Source of the DNA: an uncultured Clostridia bacterium
GTDB taxonomy: Bacteria > Acidobacteriota > Blastocatellia > UBA7656 > JADIYM01
Assembly: GCA_964641945.1 (NCBI GenBank)
Contig: CAZXLQ010000002.1
Coordinates: 1-57,323 of the forward strand
Length of the DNA: 57,323 nt
Direction: 5' to 3'
Both the position numbers and the translations under genes were made by a program. Shown here one piece after another: positions 25,865 to 35,269 of this stretch (position 1 is the first letter of the stretch; each line of letters opens with the position of its first letter). The notes below the pieces were generated by a model, which was given only the letters and a program-made list of their open reading frames with translations, was not told where the DNA came from and searched no databases.

Positions 25865-26260
25865 TCACACGGCGCCCTGCGACTTCTCCAGGCGGTGGAC
25901 GCTGACGGTGCCGCAGCAGCCTCCGGCGCTGTCTACGACGGGCAGGCTCGTCGCGCCGTGCTCGTGGAGTTTCCGGCGCGCATCGTCAACGGGCTCGTCT
26001 GCGCCACAACACGCCGACAACGGTCGCATTATCTCCTCGACGCGAACGGCCGAGGCATTGCGGTCTTCGGCAACCACGCCGCAACAGACATCGCGCTCGG
26101 TGACGACGCCGACCATCTTGAGGGTGTCTGTATCCTCGACGACAGGCGCGCAACCGCAGCCTGAATCGCGCATCGCCCGGGCGGCGTGTGCCGCCGTGTC
26201 CCGTGGCGAGCAGCACGAGGACGCTTCAATTGGTGTCATCACTTCATTGCAACAAGTCAT
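25865..26260 (-). CDS. CBS-pair domain protein with 12 cysteines arranged as five CC pairs and one CGC
   Basis: 131 aa with CBS-like periodicity (MTP...P.DT...A...M...G.G..PVVED...L.GVVTERDV, then EEIM...ADEPV..A...L.EHG...LPVVD). Cys pairs are TCCN, SCCS, GCGC, VCCG, ACCG and GCCG. Confidence 0.75.
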   Translation of the reverse strand: MTCCNEVMTPIEASSCCSPRDTAAHAARAMRDSGCGCAPVVEDTDTLKMVGVVTERDVCCGVVAEDRNASAVRVEEIMRPLSACCGADEPVDDARRKLHEHGATSLPVVDSAGGCCGTVSVHRLEKSQGAV

Positions 26261-26478
26261 GGTTTTGTTCTCCTTCAGATCGCATGATCAAGATTAACGA
26301 GCGTGGCGCTCAGCGCGACAACGAGGCAATTGTCACATCGATGACCGGTGTCGCGTCGCCCGCATCATCACGTGAACGGAACGGCGCTGTGCCTACCTTT
26401 CGAACCCCACCCGAAACCCGATGCGTCCGTGACCAAGCACACCTGGATCAACTACGACGCGTCCATCCAGCTAGTCAT

Positions 26479-26643
26479 TCACGCCTCGGCTGCCTTGCTT
26501 GCATACTGCTCCGGGTGTTCATCAAATTTCGTTTTGCAGCCTTCGCCGCAAAAGTGATACGTGGTCCCCTGGTGTGTTGACTGCAGTGCGGCCGTTTGAT
26601 CTTCGATCGTCATGCCGCAGACAGGATCTGTATGTGTCGCCAT
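26479..26643 (-). CDS. YHS/TRASH-domain mini-protein
   Basis: Start at MATHTDPVCGMTIEDQ...YHFCGEGCKTKFDEHPEQY, preceded by GAGGAG. The ORF-track start lies 30 codons further upstream. Confidence 0.8.
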   Translation of the reverse strand: MATHTDPVCGMTIEDQTAALQSTHQGTTYHFCGEGCKTKFDEHPEQYASKAAEA

Positions 26644-26805
26644 TGGTTTGTCTCCTCTCAAGTTGAAAGTTCGAAAACTGTCGCATGCACTGACCTCAGC
26701 GCACTCCGGTGACACCGGTCGATGCAGGGGCAAGGATTAGTACGGCTGCGCACTCTGGCGACGGTGCTGGGATGCAATGTGCACGTGCCCGCATTGTTGT
26801 GTCCT

Positions 26806-29391
26806 TCAACGAGTCGTTCCGGTTGCTGACACCGCTGGGACGGCATCGCCGTTTGATGTCGGCTTCGGGATGGCGGCACCCAGTGCAGGCGCCGAGGACT
26901 CGGTCATCTTCACGCGCTTGAGCAACAGCGCGTTGGCGACCACGATCAAGGTTGAACCGGACATCGAGAGTGCTGCGACCTCGGGGCTCAGCAGCCATCC
27001 GGTCATCGGATAGAGCACGCCGGCGGCGAGCGGGAAGGCAATGACGTTGTATCCGGCGGCCCACCACAGGTTCTGCCGCATCTTGCGCCTCGTGGCACGG
27101 CTCAGGATGACGGTGCCGATCACGTCGAACGGGTCGCTCTTCATTAGCACCACATCGGCGGTCTCCATTGCCACGTCCGTGCCCGCGCCGATGGCGATGC
27201 CAACGTCAGCCTGCGCCAGCGCCGGTGCATCGTTGATGCCGTCGCCCACCATGCCGACGCGCAGCCCGCGCGCCTGCATCTCTTTGACCTTCTCCGCCTT
27301 CTCGCCCGGCTGGACCTCGGCGAAGACCGTCGTGATGCCGAGCGCTTTGGCAACCAGGTTGGCAGTGCCTTGATTGTCACCCGTCAACATCGCCACCTCG
27401 ATGCCGAGCGCCGCCATTCGGTCGATCGCCTGTTTCGCGTTCGGGCGAATCGCGTCGGCGATGGCGATGAGTCCGCCCGCAAAACCATCAATGGCGCAGT
27501 AGACGACGGTGTTTCCTTTCTGCTCGAGCGCCCGCGCCCGGTCGTCCAGTCTCTCGAGGGAAATGCGGTTGTCGTCCATCAGCTTGCGATTGCCGGCGAG
27601 CACTGTGCGCCCGTCGACGGTCGCACGCGCGCCGTGCCCCGGAATCGCCTCGAAATTCGACGGCGCGCTGAGCGTCACGCCGTCAGCCTTCGCCTTCTCG
27701 ATGACGGCTTGCGCCAGCGGATGCTCACTCGATTGCTCGAGCGACGCGACGAGCCGCAACAGTTCCTTGTCATCGACAGGCGTTGCGTCGACGACGATCT
27801 CAATGACTTGAGGCTGGCCAATGGTGAGCGTGCCCGTCTTGTCGAAGATGATCGCTTGCAGTCGGCCCGCCTCTTCGAGCGCGGTCGCATCCTTGAACAG
27901 TACGCCGTTCTCGGCGCCCTTGCCGCTCGCGACCATGATCGCCATGGGCGTCGCGAGCCCAAGCGCGTCGGGACAGGCGATGACCACGACCGTAATCGCG
28001 AGCAGCATGGCGAAGACCGCGGTCGCTCCGGCGAGCCAGAACCAGACTACGAACGTTGCGAGGCCGAAGACGACTGCCGAGATGGTCAGCACCTGCGCGG
28101 CGCCGTCGGCGAGTCGCTGCGACGGTGCTTTGGAGTTCTGCGCGGCCTGGACGAGCTTGACGATCTGGGCGAGTGCGGTTTCGGCCCCGACTCTGGTGGC
28201 GCGGAAGCGAAACGTCCCAATCTTGTTGATCGTCGCGCCGATGACCGCATCGCCGACACCCTTTCTGACAGGCATACTCTCGCCCGTGATCATTGATTCG
28301 TCGACGTTCGACTCGCCCTCGATCACGTCCCCGTCCACCGGGAGCTTGTCGCCCGGGCGGATCATCACGATGTCGCCCGTGACAACCTCGGAGGTCGGAA
28401 CCTCGACAGGCAGACCCTCGCGTATCACCGTCGCTTTCGGCGGCGCGAGGCTGAGAAGCGTCTGAACGGCTTTCGATGCTCCGGCCCGAGCGCGCATCTC
28501 CAGCCAGTGCCCGAGCAGAATGAAGACGAGCAGCATGGCGACCGCTTCGTAGAAGACTTCGGCCGTGAAGAAGAAGGTGGCACCGACGCTGAAGAGATAG
28601 CCCGCCAGCACGGAGAGTGAAACGAGCACCGCCATGTTGGCGACACCGTTCCTGAGCGCCCGCCACGCGCCCACGTAAAAGACCCACCCGCCGTACACGA
28701 CCGCCGGAGTTACAAGCAGAAACCCCAGCAGTTCCTTCGAGATTCCAAACGGCGTTGACAACGCAATGCCAGTGAGTTGCTGGAACATCGGCGCGTAGAG
28801 GTAGATGAGGAATGCGAGGGCGAGCGTTACGAAGAAGCGGTTGCGCATGTCGCGCACCATCCCGTCCATTGACGCTCCCATCCCGTGACCCATCTCCTGG
28901 GCCATCTCCGTCTTGTCCCGCCCCATCTCGTACGCCCTATGACCGGCGTGATCGTCAGCCTTCGCGACGCTCGCGGGCGGCCGGGGTTCAGCCTTGCCCT
29001 TGTGCTCCAGCGGTTTGACAACTTGTGGCGTGGCTGGGGCTGCCGCCGTGATTCTCTCGGCAATCGGTTTGAGCGCCGAGGGCGTCGGAGACAGCGGCCC
29101 GTCATGACCCTGATGCTCCATCGCGCCGACAGCCGGCGTCTCAGCCGGTGTGTCCGGCTTGCAAACGTGCGCCGGCACGACCGCGCCGCGGCAGTGGTAT
29201 CCGCAATCGGCAATGAAGCGGTTGATGTCATCCAGCGCGACGCGAGCCTCGTCGTAATCGATGGTCGCCGTACCAGTCAGAAAGTTGACGTCCACGCGCA
29301 CGACACCGGCGCGGCGTCTGAGCCGCTTCTCGACGCCTGCGTGGTCGAGAACTGACATCATCCCGTCGATTGCCACAGATGTTGTCTTCAT
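26806..29391 (-). CDS. Heavy-metal P1B-type ATPase, CopB-like, with a CPD transmembrane motif and a degenerate HMA domain
   Basis: Start at [10 protein letters not shown]. Catalytic motifs are TGES, DKTGTLT, SEHPLA and [12 protein letters not shown]6 reads [12 protein letters not shown], and TM8 reads MSGST (P1B-3-like MSxST). The N-terminal ferredoxin-like domain has GMMSVLDH instead of GMTCxxC. A His/Met-rich linker is present ([31 protein letters not shown]). Confidence 0.9.
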   Translation of the reverse strand: MKTTSVAIDGMMSVLDHAGVEKRLRRRAGVVRVDVNFLTGTATIDYDEARVALDDINRFIADCGYHCRGAVVPAHVCKPDTPAETPAVGAMEHQGHDGPLSPTPSALKPIAERITAAAPATPQVVKPLEHKGKAEPRPPASVAKADDHAGHRAYEMGRDKTEMAQEMGHGMGASMDGMVRDMRNRFFVTLALAFLIYLYAPMFQQLTGIALSTPFGISKELLGFLLVTPAVVYGGWVFYVGAWRALRNGVANMAVLVSLSVLAGYLFSVGATFFFTAEVFYEAVAMLLVFILLGHWLEMRARAGASKAVQTLLSLAPPKATVIREGLPVEVPTSEVVTGDIVMIRPGDKLPVDGDVIEGESNVDESMITGESMPVRKGVGDAVIGATINKIGTFRFRATRVGAETALAQIVKLVQAAQNSKAPSQRLADGAAQVLTISAVVFGLATFVVWFWLAGATAVFAMLLAITVVVIACPDALGLATPMAIMVASGKGAENGVLFKDATALEEAGRLQAIIFDKTGTLTIGQPQVIEIVVDATPVDDKELLRLVASLEQSSEHPLAQAVIEKAKADGVTLSAPSNFEAIPGHGARATVDGRTVLAGNRKLMDDNRISLERLDDRARALEQKGNTVVYCAIDGFAGGLIAIADAIRPNAKQAIDRMAALGIEVAMLTGDNQGTANLVAKALGITTVFAEVQPGEKAEKVKEMQARGLRVGMVGDGINDAPALAQADVGIAIGAGTDVAMETADVVLMKSDPFDVIGTVILSRATRRKMRQNLWWAAGYNVIAFPLAAGVLYPMTGWLLSPEVAALSMSGSTLIVVANALLLKRVKMTESSAPALGAAIPKPTSNGDAVPAVSATGTTR

Positions 29392-29614
29392 GATTTGCGT
29401 CAGCGAAGCCCTGAGGATGATTCGCCTGCCCACCGCACATGAACACTCCGGCGTCGCCGCCGATGCTCGAGCCGCGGGCAGGCTCGCGAACTGAAGAAAC
29501 CCGTTGTGATCTGTCGGTGCGAGACGGTTGTTTCTCGGGAAAGGAAGAAACCGGCGGCCTGCCTGCGCTAGAAGCACCGTGACGAGAAACTGAGTCGCTC
29601 GACGAACCTCCAAG

Positions 29615-29630
29615 GGCAATCAGCGTGCCA
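29615..29630 (-). promoter_or_regulatory. Sigma54 promoter P2 (TGGCACG-CTGA-TTGCC) for the ATPase operon
   Basis: The minus strand reads GATGGCACGCTGATTGCCC, a full consensus match. The -12 element lies ~225 nt upstream of the ATG at 29391. Confidence 0.75.
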
Positions 29631-30024
29631 TCAGCCGAAGACGCATCGATGCCGCGCGTTCGTTGCTGCAGATGAGACCTGCGCCAGCATGAATGGATGC
29701 GTTCGTTGCACAACATCCGTACAGGTGCACCAAAGCAGGACACTCGTCAAATGCCAAATGAATGCCGCAGGATGGAGAGTCCGACACTTGCCTTGTGTTC
29801 CGGACGAGCGACGCACAGTTCATGCCAAAGACCTCGCCGGGGAGGCCGCCCCTCCCGAAAGGACCTGAATCCGGAGCACGAGTGACGGGCTATCCTCGAC
29901 GTTTTGGGTCGGCGGCGGATTGAAATGAACGTGGCCGGAAGCGGCGGGCCGGATCCATGCCAGCACGCTGGCCCGAATCGAACTCCGGCCCTGCGGGAGC
30001 TCTCGCGGCCGCACCTTTCCTCGA

Positions 30025-30038
30025 GGCACGTGAATTGC
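30025..30038 (+). promoter_or_regulatory. Sigma54 promoter P7 (GGCACG-TGAA-TTGCG) for the Met/His-rich protein operon
   Basis: The plus strand reads GAGGCACGTGAATTGCGCT, an exact GGCACG-N4-TTGC match ~185 nt upstream of the ATG at 30222 and divergent from P2. Confidence 0.7.
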
Positions 30039-30221
30039 GCTAGGGACTGCAGGTAGGTGCGACTCCGTCGCCGTTATTCGAGACAGTCATTGCCCGGCGT
30101 CGACTGGAAAACAGCGACCGACGCGAACGGAGTGAAACGCGCCCCACGAGACCCGGTGCATGAGCGCCGAAACACGGAATTCGAGCGTGCTCGTCCACGA
30201 GCACAGAAGGAACGACCAATC

Positions 30222-30767
30222 ATGAAGACAAGAGCAGAGATCTCGATAGTCGCGTTGCTCGCGCTGACGATATTCGGCGCGGGAAGCGCGATGGCGCTCG
30301 CCCGACAGCATCATGGTGCGGAAAAGCCGATGCAGCACGGCACGGGGAAAATGGACATGTCCGGAATGATGGCCGAGCCGCACCACGTGCTCGCCATGGC
30401 CTACATGCAGAACCTGGGAGCATTCACGCACGCCCTGCGCCATCAGTCCGAAGCGGTCAGTCCGCTCGACGCGGCCTTTGCCCGCTCCGCGGTCGATGAG
30501 ATCAAGCGGAGCTTCGACGAGATGGAGAAGCATCACGGCGAGCACATGAAGACGATGAGCACTGAAATGCGCACGCACATGGAAGCGATGATGAAGGAAA
30601 TGGGTATGCACCGGGCCATGCTCAAGGACTCGGTCGGTGCTCTCGACAGGGACGTTCAATCCGACCATATCGACGCGAAGAAGGTGGCGGCGGACTGCGC
30701 GGTCATTCTCGAGCATCTCGATGCGATGTCGAAGATGCACGCCGACAAGAAGCCGATGAAGATGTAG
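30222..30767 (+). CDS. Secreted Met/His-rich all-helical protein (possible CopM/DUF305-like periplasmic copper binder)
   Basis: Start at MKTRAEISIVALLALTIFGAGSAMALA. The mature part has HHGAEKPMQHGTGKMDMSGMMAEPHH and EKHHGEHMKTMSTEMRTHMEAMMKEMGMH. The family name is a guess. Confidence 0.65.
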   Translation: MKTRAEISIVALLALTIFGAGSAMALARQHHGAEKPMQHGTGKMDMSGMMAEPHHVLAMAYMQNLGAFTHALRHQSEAVSPLDAAFARSAVDEIKRSFDEMEKHHGEHMKTMSTEMRTHMEAMMKEMGMHRAMLKDSVGALDRDVQSDHIDAKKVAADCAVILEHLDAMSKMHADKKPMKM

Positions 30768-30786
30768 TCGTCGTACTTCGTGCTCC

Positions 30787-30827
30787 GTCACGTCGCCGCG
30801 CGACGATCGCATCGCGCGCCACGTGAC
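30787..30827 (+). terminator. GC-rich imperfect hairpin after the Met/His-rich gene
   Basis: Sequence is GTCACGT..GCGCGA-loop-TCGCGC..ACGTGAC, 20 nt after the stop codon. There is no U-tract, so its terminator function is uncertain. Confidence 0.25.
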
Positions 30828-30931
30828 CGAGTCCGCGGTGGAATCGGACGGCTCCTGCACTTGTCAAATTGCGTCGAACAGGGGGAACACCATAGAGTCT
30901 CGGTCTTTCGAACCGGTCGCACAGTAGGCCC

Positions 30932-31123
30932 TTGAACGTTGCACTTGTCGTTGTCGTCGCACTCGGGGTGATCCTCGGCATCGGAGCCTGGACGGGATCT
31001 CGAATCAGCGGCGGAATGATGGGAAATAGAATGGTCGGCGGGTTCAGCTGGATGTGGATCTCGGCTTTTCTGGCTCTCGGTGCGGGCGTCGTCCTTCGGT
31101 GGATGATCTTCGTTAGGAGGTAG
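30932..31123 (+). CDS. Possible small two-TM membrane protein
   Basis: 63 codons with a TTG start. Hydrophobic segments are [17 protein letters not shown] and [18 protein letters not shown]. No clear RBS was seen. Confidence 0.35.
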   Translation: MNVALVVVVALGVILGIGAWTGSRISGGMMGNRMVGGFSWMWISAFLALGAGVVLRWMIFVRR

Positions 31124-31253
31124 TCCGGTCGCCGGTCCTCATGCACGGCGCGACGGCAATAGCCGACGAACGAAGCTTGGATGCACCATATCCATGCGCG
31201 ACGTGGGCCCGCGACTGCTCGTCAGTTCATTCGATCGGTCAAGGAGCATGAAA

Positions 31254-31661
31254 ATGAGCGCAGAACAACCACGAATCTCTTCGTATGGCTACAGCCGCAC
31301 ACTTGACGTCCCTTTCGGGGAAGCAGTGGAGCGTGCACGCAAGGCTCTCGGCGTCGAGGGCTTCGGCGTGCTCTGCGAGATCGACATCCGCGGAAAGCTG
31401 AAGGAGAAACTCGGCGTCGACTTCCGGAACTACGTGATTCTCGGCGCCTGCAACCCGGCACTCGCGTACGAGGCCCTGCAGGAGGAGATTGGCATCGGCC
31501 TGCTCCTGCCATGCAACGTCGTTGTCTACGAGGATGAAGGGCATATCGAGGTCTCTGCCGTGGATGCGGCGAGAATGCTCTCGATTGTCGGAAATCCAAA
31601 CCTGTCGGCGGCTGCCGACCAGGTGAACGAGAGGCTTCATCGCGTCATCGACAACCTTTAA
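31254..31661 (+). CDS. DUF302-domain protein
   Basis: Second ATG chosen because AAGGAG lies 7 nt upstream. The sequence ...[40 protein letters not shown]...[12 protein letters not shown] is typical of DUF302. Confidence 0.75.
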   Translation: MSAEQPRISSYGYSRTLDVPFGEAVERARKALGVEGFGVLCEIDIRGKLKEKLGVDFRNYVILGACNPALAYEALQEEIGIGLLLPCNVVVYEDEGHIEVSAVDAARMLSIVGNPNLSAAADQVNERLHRVIDNL

Positions 31662-32010
31662 GGAGGTCGAGTCGACGTATCTTCGAGAGTGAGTCGTTTC
31701 GGCGATGGAGCGGTATTCCCATTTCACCCTGGACCTGTGAGCGAGTCGGGAGCCCACGGGTCCGAGCGTACGGTTCCTGCCGTATCCGAACATGTCGAGA
31801 CGCTCGGGGAGCGACGTCGGGCCAGTCGCCGGGCAGCGTTTCAGCAGTGCGAGCGAGCAGGCCGCACAGGACTGCATCGATCCCCGTCAACGGGACCCGC
31901 TTGCGGTACTGATCCTGCCAAGTTATCGGCCGGTCCCGAGAATGGCGCTTACCCACGCTGCTCGAGACAATGTGACGAGTCATAGGACGGAGCTGCAAGA
32001 AGCACAGTGC

Positions 32011-32508
32011 CTACTTGCGCTCCGACATCGCGAACGCTCGCCCGGCAATCCACGCTGTAAGCCAGAACGCAAACGGAAAGAGCAGGAGTAGCTGGGCCAC
32101 CGGCAGGACCGATACACCGATACCGGGAATTCGCGGATTCTCGGCCGAGTAACTCCAACGACCGGACGCAATGGCGTACAGCTCAACGGCAACGCTCATC
32201 ACGAGAGCCGTGCCGACGAGCGAGCCCCATACCTTCCATGTCCACCCGTCGAACGGCCAGTTCCATCGACGTGTGGCAAGAGTAACGGTTGTATATGCCA
32301 GCCACGTCATCGCGACGTCCCCGAGTGTCGCCCGCACCATGTCGACTTGAGTCGGAGCTTCCGTAGCATGCACGAAGAAGGCACCGCATTGAGCGTTCTC
32401 CCAAGCGAAGTGGAGGGCAAACGCGATGGCGCTCAGAAGTGCCACGAACCTCGCATCCACTCGATCCGTGGCTCCCGACTCCGTCACAATCTCCTCGTGT
32501 CGACCCAT
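32011..32508 (-). CDS. Integral membrane protein of unknown function (last gene of the cus2 operon)
   Basis: Start at MGRHEEIV. Four or five hydrophobic helices with an HFAWENAQCGAFF motif. High GC3. Confidence 0.55.
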   Translation of the reverse strand: MGRHEEIVTESGATDRVDARFVALLSAIAFALHFAWENAQCGAFFVHATEAPTQVDMVRATLGDVAMTWLAYTTVTLATRRWNWPFDGWTWKVWGSLVGTALVMSVAVELYAIASGRWSYSAENPRIPGIGVSVLPVAQLLLLFPFAFWLTAWIAGRAFAMSERK

Positions 32509-32635
32509 GCCGGCTTGTCCTCCGCGCGATCGACCCGCACACCGGCAGGGTCGCGACTGATTTTTGGGACGCCACTTCTCTGGAGTGCCATCGAGCCCGC
32601 CGCGATCCGCGACGGGCACCTTCAGCAATCGCCCT

Positions 32636-33493
32636 TCACACTCGGATCAGGTCGACGGAAACCTCGAAATCGTCCGAAACCGTGAGGATGTGATTCGGAG
32701 CGACCCGTTTCCAACCGCGTCGTTCCTCCGTGAGAGGCTCGGAAGCGACGATTACCGACGGCTCGTCGGGCGGCCGACGTTCGAGCTTCGCCATTCCGTC
32801 GTCGAGGACGAGCTTCAGCCCAACGGCGAAATAGAGCGACACCGGCTCGAGCTGTGAGTCCGACCCGTAGCGGGCCATCGCCAGTCGCTCGCCGTCGGTG
32901 ACCGCGAAATTGTAGAAGGAAGGGGCGCAAACGCCGGCCTCCGAGGACCAGCGCTCGAGCCGTCGGATTGTCTCGACGAGCGCCTCACCCAGCGCGCTCG
33001 CCGAGTCGGGGCTGCCATCGCGAATGAGAGAGAGGAACACCGCGAAGGCGTGCTCGGAATCGGTCGTCCCCTGAATGCTCTCGTAGGCCGCGTCGTCGAG
33101 CGACGCGCGCAGTCGCCGCTTGATACTCGCGAATCCACCAATCGCGCCGTTGTGCATCCAGAGATAGGGGCCGCACTGGAACGGGTGGCAGTTCTCCTCG
33201 GAGACTCGCATCCCCGCGGAAGCGGCTCGCACGTGGGCGAAGAAACAGGGCGACCGGATGTGCCCCGCAAGGCGGCGCAGGTTCTGATTCCCCCAGGCGG
33301 GAGTCACGCTCGTGAAGACGCAGGGGGTCGCGTCCACGCCCGGTACGTACCACCCGACGCCGAATCCATCTCCATTGAGTGGTTCGGCCCGCTCGCGAGC
33401 CTTGTACGACTGCGTGATCAACGAATTCGGCGGTCCACAAAGCAGCTCTTCGAGAAGCAGCGCTGGCCCGCGATAACAGATGAACCTACACAT
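32636..33493 (-). CDS. Class-II (Ntn) glutamine amidotransferase, YafJ/EgtC-like
   Basis: N-terminal MCRFICYRG provides the Cys nucleophile directly after Met1. NGDGFGVGWY and HPF...WMHNGAIGGF motifs are present. It overlaps the upstream YHS gene by 8 nt. Confidence 0.75.
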   Translation of the reverse strand: MCRFICYRGPALLLEELLCGPPNSLITQSYKARERAEPLNGDGFGVGWYVPGVDATPCVFTSVTPAWGNQNLRRLAGHIRSPCFFAHVRAASAGMRVSEENCHPFQCGPYLWMHNGAIGGFASIKRRLRASLDDAAYESIQGTTDSEHAFAVFLSLIRDGSPDSASALGEALVETIRRLERWSSEAGVCAPSFYNFAVTDGERLAMARYGSDSQLEPVSLYFAVGLKLVLDDGMAKLERRPPDEPSVIVASEPLTEERRGWKRVAPNHILTVSDDFEVSVDLIRV

Positions 33494-33665
33494 CGTGCGC
33501 CACGTCGAGGGCGGGCGCCTCCTCGCCGGCGTAGTCCTCCGGATGGCGCTCGAATTCGAGCAGGCAATGCTCTGAGCAGAAGAGATAAACGCAGCCGCCG
33601 TATTCGAGCTCGAATGTCTCGGAGTCTCGACTGACGGCCATGCCGCAAACCGGATCCCAGGTCAT
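33486..33665 (-). CDS. YHS/TRASH-domain mini-protein
   Basis: Start at MTWDPVCGMAVSRDSETFELEYGGCVYLFCSEHCLLEFERHPEDY, with AGGAGG 7 nt upstream. Confidence 0.8.
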   Translation of the reverse strand: MTWDPVCGMAVSRDSETFELEYGGCVYLFCSEHCLLEFERHPEDYAGEEAPALDVAHDV

Positions 33666-33724
33666 ATGAACACCTCCTTTCAGCATTGTCACCGTCGGGC
33701 CGCGGCAGCGGATGCGATCTCCGC

Positions 33725-35269
33725 CTAAACGGCGATCTCGAAATTGCGCGCCATACCGGCGTCGGAATGCTCGAGGTTGTGGCAGTGCACGAGATACACG
33801 CCCGCGAAGTCGTCGAACCTCACCAGCACGCGCACTCGTTCGCCCGGCATCACCAGTACCGTGTCCTTCCATCCCTCGTCGACGAAACCGGCTGACACCG
33901 ATCGCCACCCGGCTTCGAATCGAGGGTCGATCTGTCGCTCGAAGACCTGAAACTGGAAGCCGTGAAGATGGATCGGGTGCGCCATACCCGCACCGTGCAT
34001 TCCGGCGCTCGTGTTCTCGATGTCCCAGGCCTCGAGTGCACCGAGGCGCACGACTTCGTCGGGCAGGACTTCGTCCATCTCGAACGTGCGACCGTTGATC
34101 GACCAGCCGAACGGCGGATCCATGGTGAGCGCGAGGCGGCGCGGGCTGACCGCATTCGTCGCGTCCTCGAGCCGATAGCGGGAAATGGTCGACAAGCGCG
34201 AGGGCATCTCGAATCCCTGCGGCCCACGCCGCCGCATCCGGACGGTGAAGACGGAAAACTCGGCCCCGTTCGGGATTCTGGTGTTGCCCATCATCCCGCC
34301 CATGTCCGCTCCCGAGAATGCACGACTCAGCATCCGGAGCGACGTGCCTTTGCGATAGCGCCGGAAGTCGGCAATCACGTCGACGCGCTCGCCCGGCGCG
34401 AGGGTCACGTAGGGCCGGGCCAACGGCGCTTCGAGCAGCCCCCCGTCGGTCGAGATGACGGTCAAGGGCGACTCGTCACTCCATCCGAGCTTGTAGATGC
34501 GCGAGTTCGACGCATTGACGAGCCGCAGGCGATAGACCGACCTCTGCACATCGAGCGTGAATCCGGCCCGCCCGTTGACGAGGATCGTATCTCCAAGCGC
34601 GCCGCCGAAGTGGCCGCCGTGTCCCATCGAGGTGTACGTGAACTGGTTCGCCGAGTCGAATGACCGGTCCTGGATCACGAGCGGGATGTCGTAGTCGCCC
34701 GATGGCAGACGCGCCGCGTCTTCCTCCTCGTCGGAGACGAGGAGCAATCCCGCGAGACCGTTGTACACCTGCACGCCCGTTCGACCGTGTGGGTGGGGAT
34801 GGAACCAGTAGGTGCCGGCCCGGTCGGTGATCGGAAACTCGTACGCGTATTCGGCACCCGGCGCGACGGCGTCGCGGGGATGGCCGTCCATTTCCGGTCT
34901 GACGTGCATGCCGTGCCAGTGCACGATCGACGGCTCACGCAAACCGTTGATGAATCGGACTCGCATCGACTGGCCGCGTCTCGCACGGATGATCGGACCA
35001 AGATACCCGTCGGCAATCGGCGTCGCGGCCGACGCGTCGCCGACAAGCACGCGAGCCGTGTACGCCCACGTGTTCGTTGTACGTCCTGGAAGCAGCTGCG
35101 ATGTCGCGGGCGACGCGGTCAATTGGAGGTCGAGTCCAGCGGCCGTCTTCGTCGATCCCTCGATGGTCTGCCCGTCCAGTGCAAGCACGGGTCTGGCTGC
35201 AAGTGTGCACATCCCCAATCCGACCCAGGAGAGGAAATCGCGCCGGTCAAGCGTCGTTCTGGACGACAT
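33725..35269 (-). CDS. Multicopper oxidase (CueO/CopA/PcoA type), TAT-exported
   Basis: Twin-arginine signal is SSRTTLDRRDFLSWVGLG. Copper-ligand motifs are HWHGM, WFHPHPHG, HPIHLHG and HCHNLEHSDAGM. Confidence 0.9.
   Translation of the reverse strand: MSSRTTLDRRDFLSWVGLGMCTLAARPVLALDGQTIEGSTKTAAGLDLQLTASPATSQLLPGRTTNTWAYTARVLVGDASAATPIADGYLGPIIRARRGQSMRVRFINGLREPSIVHWHGMHVRPEMDGHPRDAVAPGAEYAYEFPITDRAGTYWFHPHPHGRTGVQVYNGLAGLLLVSDEEEDAARLPSGDYDIPLVIQDRSFDSANQFTYTSMGHGGHFGGALGDTILVNGRAGFTLDVQRSVYRLRLVNASNSRIYKLGWSDESPLTVISTDGGLLEAPLARPYVTLAPGERVDVIADFRRYRKGTSLRMLSRAFSGADMGGMMGNTRIPNGAEFSVFTVRMRRRGPQGFEMPSRLSTISRYRLEDATNAVSPRRLALTMDPPFGWSINGRTFEMDEVLPDEVVRLGALEAWDIENTSAGMHGAGMAHPIHLHGFQFQVFERQIDPRFEAGWRSVSAGFVDEGWKDTVLVMPGERVRVLVRFDDFAGVYLVHCHNLEHSDAGMARNFEIAV

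Noticed and set aside
26770-26790. GGCACG-N6-TTGC on the minus strand between the ATPase and YHS genes.
   Set aside because: The spacing between the GG and GC elements is two nucleotides too long for a sigma54 promoter.
29620-29823. 67-aa Cys-containing ORF (and the overlapping 61-aa ORF) in the ATPase upstream spacer.
   Set aside because: The third-position GC bias is much weaker than in real genes here, there is no RBS, and the ORF overlaps the repeats of the divergent promoter region.
31645-31998. 117-aa minus-strand ORF in the gap between DUF302 and the membrane protein gene, possibly a gene remnant.
   Set aside because: No recognisable motif, an Arg-rich composition and no RBS. I could not support any call.
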